Source: Dehalococcoidia bacterium (GTDB lineage Bacteria; Chloroflexota; Dehalococcoidia; Lucifugimonadales; UBA3495). From it: a DNA stretch of 64,000 bases. Below, in pieces: positions 46,355 through 54,090 of the stretch (position 1 is the stretch's first letter; each line of letters begins with the position of its first letter). Where the stretch lies: NCBI GenBank assembly GCA_022451945.1, contig JAKUNK010000011.1:21255-85254 (forward strand), given 5' to 3'. The position numbers and the translations under genes were made by a program. Under the pieces are notes generated by a model. It had not been told where the DNA came from. It saw only the letters and a list, made by a program, of their open reading frames with translations, and made no database searches.

Positions 46355-47308
46355 TCAGTTTCCGGTAAGCAGAAATTCTAAGATTATTTTCTGGGCATAC
46401 AGGCGGTTATGAGCTTGAGGAAACGCCACTGATTGTGGATGGTCCAGCATGCCAGGTGGGACTTCTTCTCCGTAATGGGCTGGCATATCGTGCATGAACA
46501 ACGCGTCCGCATTGGCTTTACTCAGGAGATCCGGGTCCACGGTGTAGCCGTTGAAAGCAGACTGGCGCACACTGGTTTCCGATTCCTGCCCCATACTGGC
46601 CCAGACATCCGTATACACCACATCAGCCCCGCAAACCGCTTCTACCGGGTCTGTGACTGTTCTGACTTGGACGGATTTCTTTGCTCTCAGAGAGTTATTG
46701 GCGCGTGCTTGCGCTTCCCGGACCGATGATTCATCAAGATTATATCCCTTGGGAGAGGCGCTGGTGAAATTTATACCAACAGCAGGCAACGCTAGACAGA
46801 GGCTTCTCGCCACGTTGTTGCCATCGCCAACGTAAGCGAGGCTGAGCCCTTCAAGTGGTTTCTTGTGTTCATAGATGGTGAGTAGGTCAGCCATAATCTG
46901 GCAGGGGTGTTCCAAGTCAGAAAGGGCGTTTACCACCGGTACGCTGGCATATTTAGCTAGGTCTACCAACAGTTGATGGTCTGATAGCCGTGCCACGATG
47001 CAGTCCACGTAACCTGATAACACTTTGGCAACGTCGGATGTTGGCTCGCGGTTGCCAAGGCCCACTTCCTGCTGTCCCAGGAAGACCGAAAACCCTCCCA
47101 GTTGCTCGATACCCACCTGGAAACTGACGCGGGTGCGCAAGGACGGCTTGTCAAATAAGATGGCAATCGACTTTCCCGCCAGGGGTTTGCTGTCGTTCCC
47201 AACATACGTTTCGGAGCGCGATTTATTGCTCTGGGCACGGTCCAATAGCATCATGGTCTCGCTCGGGGTGATATCGGTGACAGACAGAAAATCTCGCTTG
47301 TTCGGCAT
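46355..47308 (-). CDS. argF: ornithine carbamoyltransferase-family enzyme
   Basis: Motifs FDKPSLRTRVSF, HPCQ, DVWASMG and AHNRLYAQK. The canonical HCLP motif reads HDMP here (46481-46492). The ATG at 47308 is preferred. Confidence 0.8.
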   Translation of the reverse strand: MPNKRDFLSVTDITPSETMMLLDRAQSNKSRSETYVGNDSKPLAGKSIAILFDKPSLRTRVSFQVGIEQLGGFSVFLGQQEVGLGNREPTSDVAKVLSGYVDCIVARLSDHQLLVDLAKYASVPVVNALSDLEHPCQIMADLLTIYEHKKPLEGLSLAYVGDGNNVARSLCLALPAVGINFTSASPKGYNLDESSVREAQARANNSLRAKKSVQVRTVTDPVEAVCGADVVYTDVWASMGQESETSVRQSAFNGYTVDPDLLSKANADALFMHDMPAHYGEEVPPGMLDHPQSVAFPQAHNRLYAQKIILEFLLTGN

Positions 47309-47432
47309 GTGTAGGTCTCTTGGCTGGAAAGGGTGGTTGCTCAAACTCATCTAACATTATAGAGCTTACGACATTTGAATGCCGGTCGGGTTCGAATCTA
47401 GTTAATCTACGGGCTGAAATCTGGGGCGTAGA

Positions 47433-47460
47433 TTGCGCCTGGTGGACTATCTGCTATTAT
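47433..47460 (+). promoter_or_regulatory. candidate promoter for the thioesterase / pentapeptide-TIR transcription unit
   Basis: TTGCGC (47433-47438), 16-nt spacer, TATTAT (47455-47460). A hairpin CCCGTC..GACGGG (47470-47497) lies in the putative leader. Confidence 0.4.
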
Positions 47461-47527
47461 GTGTGGGCACCCGTCCGAAGCGAGAGCCAGTGACGGGCCA
47501 AAAGAGTAGATTTGGAGGCCATGCAGC

Positions 47528-47881
47528 ATGGCAAGTCCCGGTATCAACCCAGGATTAAAAGGCCAAAAAGAAGTCTTGGTCTGTCAGCACAATGTGGCTC
47601 CCCATGTAAGCAAGTTCAGTACTCCCTCGATGATTCAATTGATGGAGCAAGCGGCTTCTGAAGGAGTCAGCGATCATCTGCAAACGGGGGAAGTCTCAGT
47701 GGGTATAGAAGTAAACATTCGGCACCTGGCTGCCGCCGACATCGGCGCGACCATCACCGCTCATGCGGAGTTGGTCGAGATTGACCGGAACCGACTGACG
47801 TTCCAGGTGACGGCTTTCGATGCTGATCGTAAGATTGGTGAGGGGACCCACAAACGTGCAATCATAAAGACCGGCGGCTAA
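47528..47881 (+). CDS. hotdog-fold thioesterase (FlK / fluoroacetyl-CoA thioesterase-like)
   Basis: 117 aa. FSTPSMIQLMEQAA...GIEVNIRHLAAADIGATITAHAELVEIDRNRLTF matches the thioesterase-superfamily pattern. Confidence 0.7.
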   Translation: MASPGINPGLKGQKEVLVCQHNVAPHVSKFSTPSMIQLMEQAASEGVSDHLQTGEVSVGIEVNIRHLAAADIGATITAHAELVEIDRNRLTFQVTAFDADRKIGEGTHKRAIIKTGG

Positions 47882-47941
47882 GTTAGCCTGCCAGGTACGG
47901 CCCGACCCGGCCCAATCTGAAACTGTTCTGGAGCAAACACC

Positions 47942-49216
47942 ATGGCGAATATGGAGCATGTTCAACTCGTTAAGCGAGGCCGTGACCACGTAGCCCGCTG
48001 GCGGGAAGCCAATCCCGACGACACCCTGGACTTGAACGCGGCCTACATGAGCTATGTTAGGGCGCCTCAAGTGGACATAAGCGGATCTGATGTCCGGAAC
48101 TCAGATCTGATGGGCGCGGTGTTGCAGAGGGCGAATCTGTCCGGCTGCTACATGAATCCCTGTCACCTTTACCACGCCAACCTCCGGGAGACCAACATTA
48201 CCCGGGCCCGGCTGAATGGGGCGAATCTCCGTGGCGCAGACTTGCGTGGTGCAGACTTGTCCGGATCCGACCTGGACCGAGCCGTGCTCTCTGAGGCGAA
48301 TCTCACCGGCGCCAAATTGGTGAACGCCAATCTGTCCAGGGTTAGCCTGGGTGGGGCCAACCTGACAGATGCCGACCTCACTGGGGCCAGCCTGGCTGGT
48401 GCTTCACTAGTCAAAGCGAATATGACTAACGCTAAATGCGCTGATACTGACTTCTTCCAGACTCAGTTCTGGGGAGTGGACTTCACAGGGACCGACATGA
48501 CCGGCAGCCTATTTGGATACTCTATCTTCCAAGATTGCGATATGAGTAAGATAAAAGGCTTAGATCAGGTCAGGCACGACGCACCGAGTACCATCGGCCT
48601 TGACTCGCTCTTCCGATCCAAGGGAATGATCTCTGAGGCGTTTTTGATGGGAGTTGGTTTGCCCGCTGCTGCCAACGGATTCCTGGCAACAGCAAGCTTA
48701 GACACCACCAGCTTGAGAGAGGTTTTCATCTCTTGTATAGACGGAGACCAGCAGATCGCCAAACAGCTACGCGATGACCTGAGAGCACTTGGTGTGCGCT
48801 GTTGGGTGTTTTCACAAGAAGTGCGCGGCAACGCTCTGGTAGACAGGCACAGCGCTTCCGACCAAGAGGAGATTGAGCGCTGGCTGAGGGACTACGACAA
48901 GATGGTGATTCTCGGGTCGGTCGCTTCCTTGGAGATTGAGTCATTGTTGAACGACATAACCGCTGCAAAACAGATGCAGCTGACCACTGAAAGGTGGAGC
49001 TTGTATCTCGGCGCGATTGACGATGCTCTGACCAATCCTAAGGCGCGTTTCGCCCGGAACCTGTCTGCAGAGCACGTTGTCTTCGATCTGTCTGGGCAAC
49101 AGAGCGATAAAGTCACCTACCAGAAAGAGGTTGAGCGACTGGCTGAGGCTCTCAAGCAGGACCAACCCGCGAGCGACGGTGTCCCTAAGTCTGACATCAG
49201 CGCGGATCAGCTCTAA
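47942..49216 (+). CDS. pentapeptide-repeat protein fused to a C-terminal TIR-like domain
   Basis: Residues about 50-200 are A(D/N)LxG pentapeptides (ANLRGADLRGADLSGSDLDRAVLSEANLTGAKL...). The linker RHDAPSTIGLDSLFRSKG follows. The C-terminal part, EVFISCIDGDQQIAKQLRDDLRALGVRCWVF...KMVILGS, fits the TIR betaA-alphaA-betaB layout. Confidence 0.75.
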   Translation: MANMEHVQLVKRGRDHVARWREANPDDTLDLNAAYMSYVRAPQVDISGSDVRNSDLMGAVLQRANLSGCYMNPCHLYHANLRETNITRARLNGANLRGADLRGADLSGSDLDRAVLSEANLTGAKLVNANLSRVSLGGANLTDADLTGASLAGASLVKANMTNAKCADTDFFQTQFWGVDFTGTDMTGSLFGYSIFQDCDMSKIKGLDQVRHDAPSTIGLDSLFRSKGMISEAFLMGVGLPAAANGFLATASLDTTSLREVFISCIDGDQQIAKQLRDDLRALGVRCWVFSQEVRGNALVDRHSASDQEEIERWLRDYDKMVILGSVASLEIESLLNDITAAKQMQLTTERWSLYLGAIDDALTNPKARFARNLSAEHVVFDLSGQQSDKVTYQKEVERLAEALKQDQPASDGVPKSDISADQL

Positions 49217-49248
49217 GCTTTCGCTCGCTAAATCTGAGAAGGGTAACT

Positions 49249-49290
49249 AAGAGGCAGGTTCTTTCCCGAAAGAGCTTGCCTCTTTCTCGT
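49249..49290 (+). terminator. Rho-independent terminator after the TIR gene
   Basis: AGAGGCAGGTTCTTTC / GAAAGAGCTTGCCTCT stem followed by TTTCTCGTT. Confidence 0.6.
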
Positions 49291-49660
49291 TGCCCGGCGT
49301 TTCCAAAAACATGAGTCTCAGATTAGCTTAAGATGCAGTCACAACCTACCGCTCATCCTGAGCCTGACAAACTGTCGTTCCTGGGTCGCCGTGATTTCTT
49401 AGGGAGTATGGTCGGATCTTTCGACAAGTTCAGGTTGGGTAGTTGCTAAGGATGGGACTCCAACCCTAACCGTAATGACCAGAATGACCAGGTCGAGTCC
49501 AAACATTGGGTCGGAGAAAAAATCTATAACCTACCTTCCCGCCTTAGGGGCGTTCTAGGCGGGGTTTCAACCTGCCGTGGTTGGTGCAGTAGGGTTCTAG
49601 CTGGATCCGGAACTGCCGATCAATATCAATAAACAAACAATAGGGAGGGGAATCGACCAT

Positions 49661-49702
49661 CAAAAAACAAAGAGGCCTTCCCGATTATCCGGGAAGGCCT
49701 CT
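49661..49702 (-). terminator. Rho-independent terminator of the RdhA-like gene
   Basis: AGAGGCCTTCCCG / CGGGAAGGCCTCT stem, followed on the minus strand by TTGTTTTTTG. Confidence 0.7.
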
Positions 49703-49736
49703 TTCGTACCTACGGTTAGGTGGTTTTGGTCGTCTA

Positions 49737-51011
49737 CTAGATGTAGTCTTCCATCTCCATCATGCCGATGTTGTCGCGGCTCTGTGAGAGACCAGTCTCA
49801 AGCTGTTGCTTGAATTCGGCAATCATTTCGTCGCTAACAGCGCCGCCGGCTTCGGTGGCCTGTTTCTTGAGATTCTCGAATGCCCAGTTCTCGGTGTCAC
49901 CGTTAGGCATTGTGTTAAAGAACTCGCGCTCGAATACCGGCAATTCGCCGGGGCCGAAGTAGCCCTTGCCTTCGAGTTCGTAGCCCTCTAAGTCATGGGT
50001 GCCCTTACCTAGGACCTGACCTGTCTCAGCATAGTGCGTCATGACCGTGGACATGCCGTACTTCTGGATGGGGCAGACCTTCATGCATATACCGCAGCCG
50101 AGATAGCGAGCCATGACGGGGCGGCAGCGCTTGAAGTAGAGCTTGTGCTTCTCGATGCCTCTCCACCAGACCTTGTCGCGCATCAGGGCGCGACCGGGGC
50201 AGCGGTTCACGCAGACCTGACAGACCTGGCAGAAAGCGTGGATGCCGTAGTCTACTGGGCTGTCATGGGTTACGTTGGCGTCGGTTGTGATAATCATGAT
50301 TCGGCAGCGGGAGCCGACGTGTGGGGTCAGCAGGTAGCCGCATGCGCCCAAGGAACCAAGACCGGCATTTACAAACATCGGGATGTAAGGGCCAGTGTTG
50401 TCGTTCGGGCTGTGGACCTGGGCGCGGTAGCCCAGACCCTGGATGAACTTGGCAATCTCCAGACCTGCAGCGCCTTCGGTGCGGTAGGTGCTAGAGTGAA
50501 CAATCTCTGCGTCAACGCTGGGAATCGTCTGTGTGGGCTCGAAGTCCTGCTCGTAGGCCAAGCAGATGGCGTGGGGGAAGAGAACCCAGTCCTTCTTCGA
50601 TTGGTAGGTGTACCGATGGTCGTAGGCAGTGATGCCCACTTCGATGTATCCGAGCTCGCGGCACTTTGCCTTGATGGCTTCGGTGACGTCTTCGCCGGAA
50701 GCGGTACCCGTCGGCTCTTGGTCGCCTGTCAAGCGGGCGGCCATGATTAACGGACGGTTTAGGTTATCGTGTTCCTTCCGAATCTCTCGCATCTCTACGT
50801 GAGTGTCTCGGATGCTGTTCGCCCAGTCACGAGATGCCCTCTCTGTGATGTTCTGGGTCTCTAGAGGATATTCGCGGGCATACCAGTCAACTTCGCGGTT
50901 ATTCAGCGGAATACCGGGAACCGTTTCCAATTCCTCGGGAACTGGAATCGTGACTTCTGCGTCACCTACGTACATTCCAGGCCTAACGACCTCATGGCCG
51001 ATCTTTAACAT
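49737..51011 (-). CDS. reductive dehalogenase / epoxyqueuosine reductase superfamily Fe-S protein (RdhA-like; no TAT signal)
   Basis: Two cluster motifs are present: CQVCQVCVNRCP (CX2CX2CX3CP) and C-X10-CGICMKVCP. The core GLGSLGACGYLLTPHVGSRCRI precedes them. The ATG at 51011 has GGGAGG 7 nt upstream. No RRxFLK appears at the N-terminus. Confidence 0.65.
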   Translation of the reverse strand: MLKIGHEVVRPGMYVGDAEVTIPVPEELETVPGIPLNNREVDWYAREYPLETQNITERASRDWANSIRDTHVEMREIRKEHDNLNRPLIMAARLTGDQEPTGTASGEDVTEAIKAKCRELGYIEVGITAYDHRYTYQSKKDWVLFPHAICLAYEQDFEPTQTIPSVDAEIVHSSTYRTEGAAGLEIAKFIQGLGYRAQVHSPNDNTGPYIPMFVNAGLGSLGACGYLLTPHVGSRCRIMIITTDANVTHDSPVDYGIHAFCQVCQVCVNRCPGRALMRDKVWWRGIEKHKLYFKRCRPVMARYLGCGICMKVCPIQKYGMSTVMTHYAETGQVLGKGTHDLEGYELEGKGYFGPGELPVFEREFFNTMPNGDTENWAFENLKKQATEAGGAVSDEMIAEFKQQLETGLSQSRDNIGMMEMEDYI

Positions 51012-51065
51012 GCCGGTCCCTCCCAAAAAAGTGTATAGCTGGGCTCGGGTTTTAGCCTTAGCCCC

Positions 51066-51094
51066 ACATTAGCGGCGCCCTATTTGTTTGTCAA
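51066..51094 (-). promoter_or_regulatory. candidate promoter of the RdhA-like gene
   Basis: Minus strand: TTGACA (51094-51089), 17-nt spacer, TAATGT (51071-51066). It is flanked by AAATAGGG repeats. Confidence 0.4.
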
Positions 51095-51232
51095 CCCTAT
51101 TTCCGGAGCAAATAGATATTCGGTTACTAAATAGATGTCATACATTTACTTGATATTTCCGAGCACCGTAAACATTGTTACGGATTAGTTCTATATTATA
51201 TCCTTGTACAACGAAATTCGTTCGCAATGACC

Positions 51233-52906
51233 TTACCCGCCTGTCCGGCGTGCAATCATGGCGTCGGCAAGAGGGCTGGCCCCAGACCGAATCGCAACGT
51301 CTACCAGCGCAGGGCGGCCCGAATTCAGGGCCCTTCCTACCGCTGGACCGACGTCGGCCGGTTTATCGACGTGCTCGGTGTATGCGCCTATGGCTTCCAC
51401 AACCTTGTCATAGCGTATCGGTCGCAGGTCGGTCCCGACGGCGCGGTTGTAGTAGGCCACTTGGAAGGTTTTGTCTATGCCCCATGTGTGGTCGTTGCCC
51501 AGCACAGTGGTGATGTTGATGTTGTGCCGTATGGCTGTGTCGTACTCCATCGAATAGAAACCGAATGCTCCGTCACCCGAGAACGCCACCACCTTGCTCT
51601 CTGGGTAGGCTAACTTAGCCGCCATGGCGTAAGGCACTGCCGCGCCCAGATGGCTCAAAGGCCCAAGTCTTTGGAACCGTCCAGGCTTGCGAGCCTTCAG
51701 GAACGAACGACCCCATTGCACGTAGTCGCCGCCGTCCATGACCAGAACGGTGTCTTCGTCTAAATGCTGCTCCAGGTTGGTGTACACATCTAATGGATGC
51801 ATGGGCTCTTGCCCGTCGGCATGGCCCCGCAGTTCTGCGTCCCACGCGGCAGCGTCCTGATCCAGCTGCGCGATCCAGCCGGAGAGGTTCTCCCCGGAGG
51901 GACCGGCCTTGCAGGCGGCTGTTATCTGATCCACCACGGCGCCTAGGTCTCCTTCTATCCCAACAGCAACGCCCCGGTTACGACCAATCTCAGCGGCGGA
52001 CGGGTCTGCTTGGATGATTTTGGCTGAATCTGAGAAGGCGCCCCCGTATCTGTAACGATGGTCTAGTCGCTTGCCCAGCAAGAGTACAACATCCGCCTCG
52101 CGGAAACGTCTTGCGGTTGGGTTTAGAGCGCCGTCTGCGTACCCGTAGCAGAGAGGATGTTCGTCGTCCAGCAGGCCCCTCGCCTGCTCTACGGTGAACA
52201 CAGGTATGCCGGTGGATTCGGCCAGTTGTTGTAGCTGGGACGGGTCCACCGAGTAACGGGCCGGGTTACCCGCGATGATGACCGGTTTATTTGCGCCCTT
52301 TAATAGAGAAGCCGCTTGTTCGATCAGAGCCGGATCGCCCTGGGGGCGTCCGGTGGGGCGGTACTCTTGGGGCATGTATCGGGGCAGGTCGTCTTCGGAT
52401 ATTTCCACTTCTTGCAGATCGATGGGCAAAGTCAGGTGCACTGGCCCGGGCCGGCCCGTGGTGGCGGTGCGGAAAGCAGTGGCCACCATCTCAGGGATGC
52501 GGGTCTTGTCGTGAATCATCCAAGAACCCTTGGTCACCGGGGTAGTCATACCTATCTGGTCAATCTCCTGAAAGGCCGACATACCTTTTTGGGGCAGTTC
52601 GGCTGCCCCGGCGATGAACACGACTGGACTTTCCGAGGTGTAGATGGCTGGGAGGGCGGAGATAGCATTTGAGAAGCCGGGGCCGCCGGTAAATATTCCA
52701 GCTGCTGGACGGCCGGTGATTCGCGCATAGCCGTCGGCCATGTGCAGGGCCGCGCCTTCGTGTCGCGTGTCGATGAACTGGATGCCCTCGTCTGCAGCAG
52801 CATCCACCAAAGGCAAGATAGTGTCACCGACGATGGTGAACACTTTCTCGATGCCTTCCAGCTTGAGACATCGTATGAATAGATGGGCGCCGGTCAGCTT
52901 TGCCAT
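51233..52906 (-). CDS. thiamine-diphosphate-dependent enzyme (acetolactate synthase large subunit / sulfoacetaldehyde acetyltransferase-like)
   Basis: N-terminal TPP-PYR domain (FTIVGDTILPL...RHEGAALHMADGYAR) and C-terminal GDGAFGF...N TPP motif; 557 aa. Confidence 0.85.
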   Translation of the reverse strand: MAKLTGAHLFIRCLKLEGIEKVFTIVGDTILPLVDAAADEGIQFIDTRHEGAALHMADGYARITGRPAAGIFTGGPGFSNAISALPAIYTSESPVVFIAGAAELPQKGMSAFQEIDQIGMTTPVTKGSWMIHDKTRIPEMVATAFRTATTGRPGPVHLTLPIDLQEVEISEDDLPRYMPQEYRPTGRPQGDPALIEQAASLLKGANKPVIIAGNPARYSVDPSQLQQLAESTGIPVFTVEQARGLLDDEHPLCYGYADGALNPTARRFREADVVLLLGKRLDHRYRYGGAFSDSAKIIQADPSAAEIGRNRGVAVGIEGDLGAVVDQITAACKAGPSGENLSGWIAQLDQDAAAWDAELRGHADGQEPMHPLDVYTNLEQHLDEDTVLVMDGGDYVQWGRSFLKARKPGRFQRLGPLSHLGAAVPYAMAAKLAYPESKVVAFSGDGAFGFYSMEYDTAIRHNINITTVLGNDHTWGIDKTFQVAYYNRAVGTDLRPIRYDKVVEAIGAYTEHVDKPADVGPAVGRALNSGRPALVDVAIRSGASPLADAMIARRTGG

Positions 52907-53059
52907 GCTCCCTCCAGGGGGTTTTCATCTGTTGGGTTAGCGTGTTTGGGTCAGGCCCAGATTGCTCTGCCGATCTTACTTTGCGAGTTCCCATTAGGCA
53001 AGGGCTACTGCATATAATAAGGGACGCTTATCTAGGGATATCAAAGCCAGGAAGATTCT

Positions 53060-53920
53060 TTGCACACCTTATACATAGTTGGGACCCCTATCGGTAACTT
53101 GGAGGATCTAACCCCTCGGGCGGCGCGGGTTTTGGCTGAAGTCGCCTTGGTGGCGGCCGAAGACACGCGCGTGACCCGACGTTTGTTGAGTCATCTGGGC
53201 ATCCATTCTCGCACCACTAGCTTTCATCAGCATAACTGGCGGGACAAGCTGGGTGTTTTATTGGCGCAACTGGCCGAGGGCGACGTCGCCCTGGTCACCG
53301 ACGCTGGGATGCCTGGCATCAGCGATCCTGGCAGCGACCTCGTGACCGCCGTTGCTCAGGCGGGCTTCAAGGTTGAAGTTGTTCCGGGTCCATCTGCTGT
53401 GACGGCGGCATTGGCGCTATCCGGCTTCCCTGGTGACGCATTCCTTTTCCTGGGGTTTCTCCCGAGACGCAAGAAAGACCGGCAGGCAGCCCTACGCCAG
53501 GTAGCGGCCTCTGCTGTGCCGCTCATCGTGTTCGAAGCTCCCCATCGACTGCGCGCGATGCTGGCCGATGTGGAAGTTGTCTTTATCGACCGACCGTTGG
53601 CTGTTTGCCGGGAGCTGACGAAGCTCCACGAAGAAGTCTTCCGTGGTACGGCAGCTCAGGCCCTTGAACATTTCACATCGCCCAGAGGAGAGGTGGTATT
53701 GGTCGTCCAGGCTAACGTCTCAGGAGACGTCGCTTCCTCTGATTCCACGGGCTCAGAAGGGCAGGGTAACGTTGAGGCTGATCTGCGTATAAGACTGGAT
53801 AGCCTGCGTCAAGATGGTGTCAGGGCGAAAGACGCCGTGGCACACGTGGCTGAGACCACCGGCCTCTCCAAGAACCGGGTGTACCAGGTGTGGGTGGAGC
53901 TGGGCCGAGAAGCTAGATAG
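53060..53920 (+). CDS. rsmI: 16S rRNA (cytidine1402-2'-O)-methyltransferase
   Basis: LYIVGTPIGNLEDLTPRAARVL...AAEDTR and TDAGMPGISDPG. TTG start. Confidence 0.9.
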   Translation: MHTLYIVGTPIGNLEDLTPRAARVLAEVALVAAEDTRVTRRLLSHLGIHSRTTSFHQHNWRDKLGVLLAQLAEGDVALVTDAGMPGISDPGSDLVTAVAQAGFKVEVVPGPSAVTAALALSGFPGDAFLFLGFLPRRKKDRQAALRQVAASAVPLIVFEAPHRLRAMLADVEVVFIDRPLAVCRELTKLHEEVFRGTAAQALEHFTSPRGEVVLVVQANVSGDVASSDSTGSEGQGNVEADLRIRLDSLRQDGVRAKDAVAHVAETTGLSKNRVYQVWVELGREAR

Positions 53921-54090
53921 TCATTAATGGTAATAATAAGCATAGGTAAATATACGGAATTGTGATACACTTTTGAGGTTGCGCTGAAATCAATCGGCCA
54001 CTTTGGGAGTTATTAGCAATTTCTTCTGGACCTTCCTCCGGAACTCGCGTCCCCCTCCGCCTGAACGGCATCTTTTACGGCTGGTGGCTG

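Noticed and set aside
47384-47398. GGTCGGGTTCGAATC resembling a tRNA T-arm/T-loop
   Set aside because: The 3' half of the T-stem and the acceptor stem are absent. The upstream sequence cannot form an anticodon arm, and it is only a 15-nt match.
48150-48420. 15-nt periodic DNA repeats (e.g. GGCGCAGACTTGCGT GGTGCAGACTTGTCC GGATCCGACCTGGAC)
   Set aside because: They are the coding image of the pentapeptide repeats (GADLR GADLS GSDLD). They are not a CRISPR array or a non-coding satellite.
49332-49448. 38-codon ORF encoding MQSQPTAHPEPDKLSFLGRRDFLGSMVGSFDKFRLGSC, whose RRDFLG resembles a twin-arginine signal; tempting next to a TAT-less RdhA-like gene
   Set aside because: It has no Shine-Dalgarno and is on the strand opposite the RdhA-like gene. 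No mature domain follows the stop. The same DNA is better explained as a palindromic repeat element.
50034-50750. 238-aa plus-strand ORF inside the RdhA-like gene
   Set aside because: The minus-strand frame carries both Fe-S cluster motifs and has an SD. The plus-strand translation is Ala/Val/Gly-rich filler.
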